From Candidatus Bilamarchaeaceae archaeon (GTDB taxonomy: Archaea > Micrarchaeota > Micrarchaeia > Anstonellales > Bilamarchaeaceae): a DNA stretch of 55,779 nt. A program made the translations under genes and the position numbers. The stretch spans positions 1 to 55,779 of the forward strand of contig JAWCKZ010000005.1 of assembly GCA_038851325.1 (NCBI GenBank), given 5' to 3'. Position 1 is the first letter of the stretch, and every line of letters begins with the position of its first letter. The notes beneath the pieces are model-generated. The model had not been told where the DNA came from. It did not search any database and saw nothing but the letters and a program-made list of their open reading frames with translations. Positions 1 through 10,288 of this stretch are shown here, in pieces.

Positions 1-1
1 T

Positions 2-1522
2 TTTATTCCAGTTATCTGGTTTGCCCTCTTGAGGAATTTTGTAAAAGAGGAATGGGTTGCAATCATAGGAGTAGCGCTCCTGTTTTTGGTTATAAGGAAT
101 CCACTAAGCTTCCCAACAATCAAATACACAGACTTTACATTCCTTATAATGTTCCCACTGTTTCTGCTATGCCTGTATAGGGCATACAGAGAATTCAACT
201 GGAAAAATGCAGCCATCCTGGCATTTTCTTATTCAATACTAACGATATCCCATATGGTTGTATTCGTCTCTTCAACGATAATTCTTGGATTCTTTTTCTG
301 CTATGCGTTGCTCTCAAACTACAAAGGTAAAGCAAACTTTGAAGAGCTTCTAAAAAGGAATTGGGTGGCGATTGTGACATTTATTATAATCGCATTACCA
401 TTGCTAATGCTTTACTGGTACAAGCCGCTTTTCGTATATCATCTAAAAATGGCCTATGACCGGACACACATGGACATCCCGGATTTCGCAAACTCGGATG
501 TGCAAATTTGGTTTATACTCGATACATTCTCAGCCACGTTTCTTAATTTCTCGAGCATCGGAAGCTTCTTTTTTATTTTCTCAGCAGTGTTTTTTGCAAG
601 GAACGCAAAAAATGCATTCAAGGATGAGAAACTGTGTTTTCTTACTATTCTATTTGCAGCCGCGACCTTTGCGGCATTTTCATATTTCCTAACAGAACCC
701 CTCCTTCACATGAACTTTATCTGTACTTATATAGTCGACCTTGTTTTCAGACCATCGGTCTTCTTACTTGGTGTTTATTTCCTCGACAGGCTAGAACCAT
801 CTAAAAAACTTGGAAATGCTGCCACATTTGTCTATGGGATAATAGCAATAGTGTTTCTGCTCCTCGTTTTCTCTGCTGCAGACGCTTCGCAGAAAGCAAA
901 CCCATTCTTTAAGAACGCCAAAACACCGCTGCCTAGTTACATGACTTCGCTTGCAGCCTACATAAAGCAAAATACCTCTGTGAATGATGTTTTCCTCAGC
1001 ACAAAGGAGCTTAGCTTCATGATAAATTCGCTTACAGGCAGAAAGCTGGCGACAAACAGATGGGCGCACCAGAATGATCCCTACGTCAACATGCCGCAAA
1101 AAGACATCGACGCAGCTATTATGCTTTACGGTACGAATGATGCTGAACGCATCCGCCTCCTCAAAGAGTACAACATCAGTTACGTCTATTGGGATGTTAA
1201 TTGGGTGCACACCGAATACCAGCAGACACCGCAGGGTAGAATTTACCCATTCGACCCGCTGATAACACTTGATACGCCATCAGCGCGTTCAGCATTCTAC
1301 AGCAACGGTGTGAAATTCGTAAACATGACAACATGGTTAGACCCATCTGTTAAATTTTGGTATATCAGACAATATCCAATACTCATAGTAACGCCCGAGA
1401 ACTATCAGAGGTTTGATAGGCCTTGGAACGCTGGCCTTGATGCGTATCTCCAGAGGGTTTGGTCGTATAGCGAGGGCGGGCAGGAAATAGCCGCTCTCTA
1501 CAAGGTCCGGCCTCCTAATTAA
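2..1522 (+). CDS. Multi-pass membrane protein with soluble C-terminal domain, GT-C/STT3-like glycosyltransferase candidate (5' truncated by window)
   Basis: Frame is open back to position 2. Many TM segments, then DVFLS..SFMINSLTGRK and LLKEYNISYVY, resembling GT-C C-terminal domains. No WWDYG. Confidence 0.55.
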   Translation, partial: FIPVIWFALLRNFVKEEWVAIIGVALLFLVIRNPLSFPTIKYTDFTFLIMFPLFLLCLYRAYREFNWKNAAILAFSYSILTISHMVVFVSSTIILGFFFCYALLSNYKGKANFEELLKRNWVAIVTFIIIALPLLMLYWYKPLFVYHLKMAYDRTHMDIPDFANSDVQIWFILDTFSATFLNFSSIGSFFFIFSAVFFARNAKNAFKDEKLCFLTILFAAATFAAFSYFLTEPLLHMNFICTYIVDLVFRPSVFLLGVYFLDRLEPSKKLGNAATFVYGIIAIVFLLLVFSAADASQKANPFFKNAKTPLPSYMTSLAAYIKQNTSVNDVFLSTKELSFMINSLTGRKLATNRWAHQNDPYVNMPQKDIDAAIMLYGTNDAERIRLLKEYNISYVYWDVNWVHTEYQQTPQGRIYPFDPLITLDTPSARSAFYSNGVKFVNMTTWLDPSVKFWYIRQYPILIVTPENYQRFDRPWNAGLDAYLQRVWSYSEGGQEIAALYKVRPPN

Positions 1523-1628
1523 AAAAACATAAAGACGAATTAATGAGGATTAGCAGAAATCCGCGCCTTTTCCCCTTCTCCAAACCTATTTATATCTTTT
1601 TATTACATATAGATGGTAGGTGAGCAGT

Positions 1629-2693
1629 ATGTTTGACGATATTATTAGGTCAGCAAAGCAGCCTACTTCTGCCGCTGAAAGTGCAAAAGAGGAAGACTTT
1701 CGGGTGAGAATCGCAGCCATAGGTGTTGGCGGTGCTGGGTGCAATACCATAAACCGCATGATGACTGTCGGCATAAAAAGTGCAAGGACGATTGCAATAA
1801 ACACTGACGGAAAACATCTTAATATGATAAACGCTGATAAGAAGATACTTATTGGAAGATCGATAACCAAAGGGCTTGGTGCAGGCGGGGATGTGAATAT
1901 TGCCAAAAAATGCGCTGAAATGGATCGGGATGCGCTTAGGCGTGAGATAGGAGAGAACGAGCTCGTTTTCCTGTGTGCTGGCATGGGCGGAGGAACAGGT
2001 GGCGGTGCGTCACCGATTGTTGCCAATATCGCGAAAGAGCAGGGCGCAATTGTTGTAGCAATCGTTACCTACCCATTTGCGCTTGAACGCGTTAGACTGA
2101 AAAAAGCACAGGAATCTATAAAAGAGCTTGCAAAGGAATGCGATACCGTGGTCATTATAGATAACAACAGGCTCTCTGCATATGCACCAAACCTTCCGAT
2201 AGATAAGGCTTTTGCACTCGCTGATTCCATAACAACACGAGCAGTAAAAGGAATCTCTGACACGATAGCATTCCCGAGCTTGATAAATGTTGATTATGCA
2301 GATGTGAAAACAGTTATGGAGAGAGGAGGAATCTCTATGATATCGTTAGGTGAGGCGTCAGGCCACGACCGTGTTGAGATGGTGGCAAAGAGCACACTCG
2401 AGCATCCCCTTCTTGATGTTAACTACGAAGATGCTAAAGGTTGCCTCCTTCACCTCGAAGGAGGGCCTGATCTTACTTTGGGCGACGCTATAAAAGTCGG
2501 AGAGCTAATAACAGAGAGTTTTAGTGAGGAGGCGACCGTTAAGCTAGGCGCTCGAATCAACGAGGGTTTAAAGGGTACCATAAGAGCAACGGCAATAATT
2601 ACTGGTGTTAAATCGCCATACATATTTCAAAAGGGAGAGGACTTAGAAAAACGACTCGAAGGTCGTGAGGAAGAAGGAATCTCCTATCTATGA
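1629..2693 (+). CDS. ftsZ: Cell division GTPase FtsZ (probably FtsZ2-like)
   Basis: GVGGAGCN, INTD, AGMGGGTGGG, T7 loop LINVDYADV. ATG 1629 follows SD AGGTGA, so it is preferred over GTG 1620. Confidence 0.95.
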   Translation: MFDDIIRSAKQPTSAAESAKEEDFRVRIAAIGVGGAGCNTINRMMTVGIKSARTIAINTDGKHLNMINADKKILIGRSITKGLGAGGDVNIAKKCAEMDRDALRREIGENELVFLCAGMGGGTGGGASPIVANIAKEQGAIVVAIVTYPFALERVRLKKAQESIKELAKECDTVVIIDNNRLSAYAPNLPIDKAFALADSITTRAVKGISDTIAFPSLINVDYADVKTVMERGGISMISLGEASGHDRVEMVAKSTLEHPLLDVNYEDAKGCLLHLEGGPDLTLGDAIKVGELITESFSEEATVKLGARINEGLKGTIRATAIITGVKSPYIFQKGEDLEKRLEGREEEGISYL

Positions 2694-2718
2694 CTTAACA
2701 TACATTTAAGGTGGTTTT

Positions 2719-5700
2719 TTGTTCCTTGCATTTGACCCATTCACATTATTGTTAATTGTAACAATCTGCTTGTTTGTGCCTGGAGTGCTTCTCAGCCTTG
2801 CGCTCCTTCAAGGCACAAGGCTAAACATCTTGGAAAAACTATTCGTAGGTTTTGGCCTTGGTTTCTGTCTTCCGCAAACGATTCCATTCCTAGCTTTCTT
2901 CTTGTTCGGAATAAAATATACATACGACATGGCGCTCGCTACCGTTGGCATTTTTTGGGCAATCGCCCTTGCCCTCGCCGCACTCAAACGTATTGACAGA
3001 GACATCATAGAATTTTTAAAAGGCCTGCCTTCGGTTAGTAAGTCAAAAATAGTTTTTCATGCCTGCGTGGTTTTTGTAGCAGCGCTTGCCTTCTGGATAC
3101 GCTTCGGCAGCTATTCGCCTGTTTTTCATGAACTGGACCCCTATTATTATACGTACGTTTCTCAGCAGATAATCACGTTTGGCTACAATCCATTCAACGA
3201 CCAAACAGCATGGTATCCAGAGGTGAATGTTAGCCATAGGGCAATTCCTGTTCTTGCTTATATGGAATCGCTTTGGTATTCCTTATACAATGGCAGTAAT
3301 CAATACAACAACATGCTTCTTGCAGTTATTGCTTCGCTATACCCGCCGATCGCAGCAGCGCTTTCCGTTTTCTTTCTCTATCTGTTTCTCTCAAGGCTTG
3401 TGAGAAAGGAGTACGCATTAATCGGCGCGGGCATATCATCATTCATGCCGTCATTCGTATTCAAGCTTATGGCTGGAGAGGCTGAGATTCAGCCATACGC
3501 TTTCTTTGCTCTACCTTTCTTCTATGCCCTCTACGTACTTATGTTGCAGGAAAGAAAAAAAATATTCGCTGTTCTCTCAGGCATAGCATTCTTCGCGCTT
3601 GCGCTTGGTTCAGCTAGCGAGGTTCTTGCTACAACGACGTTAATCCTGTTTTGGTTTGCATGCGCTCTTCTGCTTTTTATAAAAAACTCAAGGCCAGAAG
3701 AGGTGCGTGAACTAATCGAACTGAATGTCATCGCACTCGGCATTGGTGTATTTTTTGGAAGCGCGCTTTTGAAAGGCCTTTACAGCAGCAATATGATTGC
3801 CCTCCACAGCCTTCTTCCAGTGCTATTCCTGTTCTTAGCTCTCGGGGTTCTTTATTATATCCAATTAACGCAGCCAGATATCCTTAAAGAAAGAAAGATG
3901 GCGGTTGCTACACTTATGCTTGCAATACTTATTTTTATAGTGTCTCCATTGGGAGAGCCGATAAAGGCTATTGGAAGAGCAGGTTTCATGGTTGCGCAAT
4001 ACAACACCCCTCTTCAGAGAACAATTGCAGAGCAGGGGGTCGCTGGCGTTGGCTTTTCACATGAAATGGGTTTTGTTGCAGCAAACTTTAGAGAGATATT
4101 CGCATACTTCTTCTCCCCAATACTTTCTTTCCTTACGGTCTCAGAAGCAAAAGAATCTGTAACTAGGGTTGCAATGCTTTGCGGCGATATAACCGGTCTC
4201 CTTTTTTTAATTTCGTCTCTTATTTCTAATCTACTAAACAGCGTTGCTGTTGCCGCGATAAACATCATCCTTGGTTCTTCAGTGGAGTATGGTTGGAAGG
4301 AGAACTCTCTTTTGATGTTTTGGGAGTTTGCATTCTTCGCGGCAATCATATTTTTTCTTACGAAGAAAAAAAATGCTGATGCGAGGGAGATCGCACCAGT
4401 GCTTCTCCTTCTTATCGTCATCTTTCCGCCTTTTATAGTTGGTATAATAAAGGCAAAATACACTATATACGCAAGCTTTTTCCTTGGCGCAGCCATAGCA
4501 TTCGTTCTAAATCAGACAGAGGTGTTTTTGGAAGAGAGAAAACAATCGTCTTACCCCTGCTTTTATCTTATTCTTGCAATCGGCATTTCTCTGCTTCTCA
4601 TGCAATTCCTCTTCAGCGGTTTTACACCAGCATTGGCAATATTGAATTTTCAAACGAGGTTTCAGGATGATCCGCTTGCGTTGCAGGAAAAATTCCAGCA
4701 AATATGTACTGAGATAAGAGACCCAAAAGTATGCGCAGCAGCGCACGACCCCCTGGGATATGCTTCTCTTGGAACAAACTATCAATACGACAGCACTCTG
4801 TGCGTGTTGTCCACCCTTCCTGATTATACCACCTATATCAATCCAGCAAAGGCACCAACATTCTATCAAGCTGCGCTACTCAGATGCAACAGGGTAAATG
4901 ATTATTGGATAGAAGCGATGGAATGGATAAGAGACAACACGGAAAACGATTCGCGGACAACATCTTGGTGGGACTATGGGCATTGGATAAACTTCTATGG
5001 CCAAAGGAACACGGTTTTAAGAAATGAGCACGCCTCTGAGAGGATGATAGGCGAGGTTGCATTTGCATACACCGAAGGAAACGAGAGTGACCTGACCAGG
5101 TTCATGAAAGAGCATGATAGCAAGTACGCTCTGTTTGATGTGGAGATTGTCTTAGGCGGCGGAGGCTTTGGCGGGAAGTATGGAGCGCTAAACTACTTGG
5201 GCTGTGCTTACATGAACAGAACGAATGTTTCTTTTGCTCCTGGTACCTCAGAATGCGAGGAAGAAAATATTTGGGAAACAGTTTATGTATCGAACAACGC
5301 TAGGTGTAAGATTTCAGGGAATTCCAATAAGACTGGTGTTACTGCTTACAAAGTTTATGTCTCTACAAAGAACGGGCTACGTTATTCACCATATTATCCA
5401 AGCCTCTGCTCAGGAGATCTCTCCGAACCAGCTCGTGTGCAAGCATTCTGTGCTGAATATGGTATGAATATGCCGTACTGCAGTCCATGCAGCTCACGAT
5501 GTATAGAGCAGTTCTGTTCCATGGTCTATAAGCTCGTTCCAACATACTGCGTAGGAGGAGTTGAGCTTACAAATGGGCAGAAGATTACAGGTACGTATTA
5601 TCTTAATGAAACTTATCCAAACGGCGATCTTAGAATAAACAAGGCTTTGATTGCTTATCCTTTCAATGTTCCTGCAACTTACCATGCTGGAGACCTTACA

Positions 5701-5889
5701 GGGGTTACACTACTCTATACAAAGGATAAATTCTGGCTTGAGAACGGGGAGATAGTTGACGGCTACTCAGATAGAAAAGGGCATTTCTATGACTCGAACA
5801 TCTATAAAGGGTTCGTGCTCGGTGAAATCGAAGGTTTTGAGAAAGTATTTGATAATAATGCTATTAAGATATACAAAATAAAGGAATAG
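2719..5889 (+). CDS. aglB: Oligosaccharyltransferase AglB (STT3 family)
   Basis: ELDPYY, TIAE (TIXE) and SWWDYGHWI motifs; many N-terminal TM helices; SD AGGTGG before TTG. Confidence 0.93.
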   Translation: MFLAFDPFTLLLIVTICLFVPGVLLSLALLQGTRLNILEKLFVGFGLGFCLPQTIPFLAFFLFGIKYTYDMALATVGIFWAIALALAALKRIDRDIIEFLKGLPSVSKSKIVFHACVVFVAALAFWIRFGSYSPVFHELDPYYYTYVSQQIITFGYNPFNDQTAWYPEVNVSHRAIPVLAYMESLWYSLYNGSNQYNNMLLAVIASLYPPIAAALSVFFLYLFLSRLVRKEYALIGAGISSFMPSFVFKLMAGEAEIQPYAFFALPFFYALYVLMLQERKKIFAVLSGIAFFALALGSASEVLATTTLILFWFACALLLFIKNSRPEEVRELIELNVIALGIGVFFGSALLKGLYSSNMIALHSLLPVLFLFLALGVLYYIQLTQPDILKERKMAVATLMLAILIFIVSPLGEPIKAIGRAGFMVAQYNTPLQRTIAEQGVAGVGFSHEMGFVAANFREIFAYFFSPILSFLTVSEAKESVTRVAMLCGDITGLLFLISSLISNLLNSVAVAAINIILGSSVEYGWKENSLLMFWEFAFFAAIIFFLTKKKNADAREIAPVLLLLIVIFPPFIVGIIKAKYTIYASFFLGAAIAFVLNQTEVFLEERKQSSYPCFYLILAIGISLLLMQFLFSGFTPALAILNFQTRFQDDPLALQEKFQQICTEIRDPKVCAAAHDPLGYASLGTNYQYDSTLCVLSTLPDYTTYINPAKAPTFYQAALLRCNRVNDYWIEAMEWIRDNTENDSRTTSWWDYGHWINFYGQRNTVLRNEHASERMIGEVAFAYTEGNESDLTRFMKEHDSKYALFDVEIVLGGGGFGGKYGALNYLGCAYMNRTNVSFAPGTSECEEENIWETVYVSNNARCKISGNSNKTGVTAYKVYVSTKNGLRYSPYYPSLCSGDLSEPARVQAFCAEYGMNMPYCSPCSSRCIEQFCSMVYKLVPTYCVGGVELTNGQKITGTYYLNETYPNGDLRINKALIAYPFNVPATYHAGDLTGVTLLYTKDKFWLENGEIVDGYSDRKGHFYDSNIYKGFVLGEIEGFEKVFDNNAIKIYKIKE

Positions 5890-5907
5890 GAAGCAGGAAG
5901 GGAAGAT

Positions 5908-7221
5908 ATGTATTCCAAACAATTAAGCGCTGAGCTGAGGAAAAAGAATATAGAGATCGGCGATAGGATTGTTGTAAGGACTAGGAGGTTGACTGCCGAA
6001 GGATTTCTCATGCCACACACCACTGAGAGCGAAAGCGACATCCTTGTAATAAAACTGGATAATGGCTATAACATCGGTGCGGATTCGAGTGAAGCCGAGA
6101 TATCATTGGTAGAGAAAGGGAGGCCGATAAAAGAAGAGAAGAAAGAGGAAGAGGGAGAGGGAGATGTCTCTATACTTGGCTGCGGGGGTACTATATCTTC
6201 GAAGATAGAGTACAGAACAGGCGCGGTTTACCCGATTATGAGCCCTAAGGAATTGCTTACCGCGTTCCCACAACTTGGTGAGATATCTTCAGTAAAGGTA
6301 AGACGGCTTTTCTCTCTTTTATCTGAAGACATGGCACATGAGCACTGGAAGGCTATCGCAAAGGAAGTCGCAGGCGAGATAAGAAATGGCGCGAAAGGAG
6401 TGGTTATTCTTCATGGTACAGACACCATTTGTTACACAGCAGCAGCCCTCTCATTCATGCTTCAACAATTATCCGTACCAGTTATCCTCGTCGGAGCACA
6501 AAGAAGCAGTGACAGACCCTCAAGCGACAATGAACTAAATCTCTTAAATTCTGTTTGGGCGGCAAAGAACAGTGATTTAGCAGAAGTTGCCGTCTGTATG
6601 CACGCGACCATGGATGATAGTTACTGCTATCTTCACAGGGGCACGAGAGTTAGAAAGATGCATAACTCGAGAAGGGATGCCTTCAAATCTATAAATGCAA
6701 AACCGCTTGCGGCAGTTGATTACAGAAAGGCTCTTTTTGAGAAGATTTCAGATTATCAGAAACGTGATAGCAGCAGAAAATTAGTTTTGGATACAAAAAT
6801 GAACAGCAATGTTGCAATGTTATATATTCATCCAGGAATAAAACCAAAATTGGTTGATTCTCTTTCTGACTATGATGGGGTTGTGGTCGTTGGCACAGGG
6901 CTCGGCCATCTTCCAACAAACCCATTCAATGAGCGAAATGCGCATTCTATTTTAAAAAACATAAAAGCGCTTATAGATTCTGGCATAGCTGTTGTTATGT
7001 CTTCTCAGACAATCTATGGAAGAATAAACATGAACGTCTACACTACTGGCAGGGTTCTTGAGAGGGCAGGGGTAATTGGTAACGGTGCTGACTGGACACC
7101 CGAGACAGCCTTTGTAAAGCTCTGTTGGGTTCTCGGCCATGAAAAAAAACTGACAAGGGTGCGAGAGCTGATGATGAGAAACATTGCGGGCGAGATTAGT
7201 GAGAGGAGCGTGATTCTGTGA
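5908..7221 (+). CDS. gatD: Glu-tRNA(Gln) amidotransferase subunit D
   Basis: KLDNGYNIG N-terminal domain; asparaginase motifs GGTIS, HGTDT, SSDRPSSD; adjacent to gatE. Confidence 0.96.
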   Translation: MYSKQLSAELRKKNIEIGDRIVVRTRRLTAEGFLMPHTTESESDILVIKLDNGYNIGADSSEAEISLVEKGRPIKEEKKEEEGEGDVSILGCGGTISSKIEYRTGAVYPIMSPKELLTAFPQLGEISSVKVRRLFSLLSEDMAHEHWKAIAKEVAGEIRNGAKGVVILHGTDTICYTAAALSFMLQQLSVPVILVGAQRSSDRPSSDNELNLLNSVWAAKNSDLAEVAVCMHATMDDSYCYLHRGTRVRKMHNSRRDAFKSINAKPLAAVDYRKALFEKISDYQKRDSSRKLVLDTKMNSNVAMLYIHPGIKPKLVDSLSDYDGVVVVGTGLGHLPTNPFNERNAHSILKNIKALIDSGIAVVMSSQTIYGRINMNVYTTGRVLERAGVIGNGADWTPETAFVKLCWVLGHEKKLTRVRELMMRNIAGEISERSVIL

Positions 7222-9011
7222 AGATAGGCCTGGAGATTCATCAGCGTCTTTTAACTCACAAACTTTTTTGTGCATGTCCTTCAGAGCTCTCAGAAGATGT
7301 AGAGGGCGATCTAGTAGTAAGAAGGCAGTTGAGGCCAGTTGTAAGCGAGCTTGGCGAGATTGATGTTGCAACAAAGTATGAATTTGAAAAAAGGAAACAG
7401 TTTGAGTATATTGTCTTTGAGAAAAATAACTGCTTGGTTGAACTTGATGAAGAACCGCCGCATCCAATGAACAAGGAAGCACTCGAAATTGCGCTTGAGA
7501 TCGCCATGCACCTTAACGCGAAAGTACTTGATGAGATTTATGTGATGAGAAAGATTGTCATAGACGGCAGTAATACGTGTGGTTTCCAGCGCACTTGTAT
7601 AATCGCACTTGACGGATATATAGATACCTCAAGAGGGAAGGTTTGCATACCGACAATTGCGCTCGAGGAGGAGAGCGCAGGCATAGTCAGATCAGACAGT
7701 TCGTCTGTGACCTATCGCCTCGATAGGCTCGGCATTCCTCTTATTGAGATTAGTACAGCACCTGATATTGTGGATGGCGCGCACCTTCTTGAGGTTGCTG
7801 AAAAAATTGGATTGACAATGCGGGCGACAGGAAGGGTGGCAAGAGGGATTGGTTCGATACGGCAAGATATAAATGTTTCTGTGGAAGGCGGTGCGCGTGT
7901 TGAGATAAAAGGCGCGCAGGAACTTAAACTCCTCCCACTTCTTGCCGAAGGCGAAATAAAAAGACAAAGAGCTCTTCTTGAGATATTGGCTGAGCTTCGC
8001 ACTCGGGTTAACAGACCCTTTAGCGCAGAGCGAAAATTTGTAGACCTAACTGATATTCTCAAGAATACTTCCTCTGAGCTGATAAGACAGGGGATCTCAC
8101 GCGGCCAAAGAGTCATTGGTCTCAAACTAGAGCACCACAGAGGTTTGGTTGGGAAAGAAATACAACCAGGAAAGCGGTATGGAACTGAGCTGAGCGAGTA
8201 TGCGAAGACAGCTGGTGTAAAAGGAATAATCCATAGCGATGAACAGATGGAAAAATATGGCCTAACTCCACAAGAGATTGAGGGCGTTCGGTCTGCCCTT
8301 GAAATGGCTGAGAATGATGCTTTTGTGCTTGTTGTTGCAGAGAGCGAGAGAGCAAAAAGGGCGCTTGATAAAGTATGTGAGCGCGCAAGCATGGATTACA
8401 TCCCTTCAGAGACAAGAAGAGCAAATCCAGATGGCACAACATCCTTTATACGACCAATGCCTGGGAGCGCAAGGCTCTATCCCGAAACAGATATACCTTC
8501 CATAAGAATAACAAAAGAACTGCTTTCAGGGGTGCGAAAGGGCGAGTCTTATGAGGATAAAAAGAAAAAATTCGAAAGAATGCTTAGCCCAGAAATGGCT
8601 GAGAGAATAGTAAGGTCGCGCAACATGCTTCTGTTTGAAAAACTTGTTGAGGAGTTTCCAGGTGTGGAACCAACAATAATCGCTAATACCATAGAGAATG
8701 TTCTTGTTTCTTTGAGGCGCGAGGGCTTCGTTTTTGAGAATGTCCAAAGAACATTGGAAGCGCTTTTTGCTTATTATTCAAAAGGGATGTTTGTTAAATC
8801 TGCGATCCCGGAGATTCTGAAGCTCGTTGCACGAGGAAGGAGTGTAGAGCAGGCTGTGAGCGAGGGCGGACTTAGAAAGATAACTGGAAAGGAGCTCGAA
8901 AGCATTGTTAAGGAAAATAACTTTGATATTAAAAAAATAATGGCGAGATACCGGCTTGTTGTGGAGGCGGAGGAAGTACAAAAAATTATAAAAGCAAGGT
9001 GTAGAGAATGA
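7218..9011 (+). CDS. gatE: Glu-tRNA(Gln) amidotransferase subunit E
   Basis: KIGLEIHQRL, DGSNTCGFQRT, RLDRLGIPLIEI, ARLYPETD; overlaps gatD stop (GTGA). Confidence 0.96.
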   Translation: MKIGLEIHQRLLTHKLFCACPSELSEDVEGDLVVRRQLRPVVSELGEIDVATKYEFEKRKQFEYIVFEKNNCLVELDEEPPHPMNKEALEIALEIAMHLNAKVLDEIYVMRKIVIDGSNTCGFQRTCIIALDGYIDTSRGKVCIPTIALEEESAGIVRSDSSSVTYRLDRLGIPLIEISTAPDIVDGAHLLEVAEKIGLTMRATGRVARGIGSIRQDINVSVEGGARVEIKGAQELKLLPLLAEGEIKRQRALLEILAELRTRVNRPFSAERKFVDLTDILKNTSSELIRQGISRGQRVIGLKLEHHRGLVGKEIQPGKRYGTELSEYAKTAGVKGIIHSDEQMEKYGLTPQEIEGVRSALEMAENDAFVLVVAESERAKRALDKVCERASMDYIPSETRRANPDGTTSFIRPMPGSARLYPETDIPSIRITKELLSGVRKGESYEDKKKKFERMLSPEMAERIVRSRNMLLFEKLVEEFPGVEPTIIANTIENVLVSLRREGFVFENVQRTLEALFAYYSKGMFVKSAIPEILKLVARGRSVEQAVSEGGLRKITGKELESIVKENNFDIKKIMARYRLVVEAEEVQKIIKARCRE

Positions 9012-9466
9012 TTTTTTCTTTGGACCTTAATTCAGATATAGTAATCCTTTCTGGGTTTCTCTTTGTTGTTTCATTTATCATATGGGAGTTCCCACGCTCC
9101 ATTCGGATAATGGATGAGGAGTATACAAAGGGTATTTATTCAGAAAGCGGGCGGCTTATCGATTTCGCTATACTTATGCTCGGTCTCTTGACAGCATTGT
9201 TTTTCTTTTCGAATACTGAAAGTGTTCTTGGTGTGTTTAAAACGCCTGCATACGCATTTCCGTTCTCCCTTGTATTCTTAGCAGTTCCTACTATTATTTT
9301 ACTGGGTTATCTTAAAAGGGCAGCTGAGCGAATCGATAGACAGCAATCAGTGACCCTCTTTTTTATTCATTCGTTTCTTGACCTTGCGCACACAGTTTTT
9401 TTTATCACCTTTTCTATCATTTTTGTTCCATTTATATTATACATTTTAGTTGGCGGCAGAATTTAG
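9008..9466 (+). CDS. Hypothetical 4-TM membrane protein
   Basis: 152 aa, four hydrophobic segments, overlaps gatE stop (ATGA). Confidence 0.75.
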   Translation: MIFSLDLNSDIVILSGFLFVVSFIIWEFPRSIRIMDEEYTKGIYSESGRLIDFAILMLGLLTALFFFSNTESVLGVFKTPAYAFPFSLVFLAVPTIILLGYLKRAAERIDRQQSVTLFFIHSFLDLAHTVFFITFSIIFVPFILYILVGGRI

Positions 9467-9478
9467 GCGGTTGATACA

Positions 9479-10285
9479 ATGATGAAAAAAATAATAGTTT
9501 GTCTGATTTTGTTCTTGTTTTTTGGATGTATAAATCCACCGCCAGAGAAAGAAGAACTGCAGGAAAGGGCTGAGTATGGTGATGTTGTTCTTGTTAACTA
9601 TGTGCTGTGGGTAGATGGAAAGGTGAGGGACAGTAATATAGAGAGTGTGGCGCAGGAGGCTGGTATTTATAATCCGTTAAGGACCTATAAGCCGCTTCGC
9701 GTCCATCTTATGCTCGGCCCAAAGAACCCATACATCCCTGGGTTTGTGAAGGCGATAGTTGGAATGAAAGTCAATGAAACAAAAACAGTTAACATCTCGC
9801 CAGAGGAGGCATACGGAGCGTACAACAACTCGCTTGTTTACGAGGTTCCCCTATACTATAATAAAAGCATGCTGGAAGAGGTGCCATTGAGCTATTTCGA
9901 AGAGAGAAACATAACAGTGGAGGAAGGGGCCTCGTTCAATTCGGATATAGGACTTGTTTTCATACAGAATTACACAAACGACACTGTCACGATAGCGTAT
10001 TTCTTCAATAAAGGCGATGTGTTCAATTATATGGGGATACCCCAGGTTGTTGTTGACTTTGATAATCTTACTTATACAATAAAGCGCGATGTGAAGGAAA
10101 ATAAGACCTACACCACTATAAGCCCGTTGACGGGGCGTGCTGTTACCCTGAGGGTGGCGAAGGTCCTGAACGAAACATTTACGGTCGATGAAAATCATCC
10201 TCTGGCTGGCAAAACACTTGTTTACAATCTGACGCTCGTTGAGCTTGGGAAGAGTGGCGATTTCAGTGGTTTAGGTGGCGGTTGA
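9479..10285 (+). CDS. FKBP/SlyD-type peptidyl-prolyl isomerase, predicted lipoprotein with long insert
   Basis: GDVVLVNY, IPGFVKAIVGM, PEEAYG, DENHPLAGKTL; N-terminal MKK-hydrophobic-FGC lipobox-like signal. Confidence 0.88.
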   Translation: MMKKIIVCLILFLFFGCINPPPEKEELQERAEYGDVVLVNYVLWVDGKVRDSNIESVAQEAGIYNPLRTYKPLRVHLMLGPKNPYIPGFVKAIVGMKVNETKTVNISPEEAYGAYNNSLVYEVPLYYNKSMLEEVPLSYFEERNITVEEGASFNSDIGLVFIQNYTNDTVTIAYFFNKGDVFNYMGIPQVVVDFDNLTYTIKRDVKENKTYTTISPLTGRAVTLRVAKVLNETFTVDENHPLAGKTLVYNLTLVELGKSGDFSGLGGG

Positions 10286-10288
10286 GAT

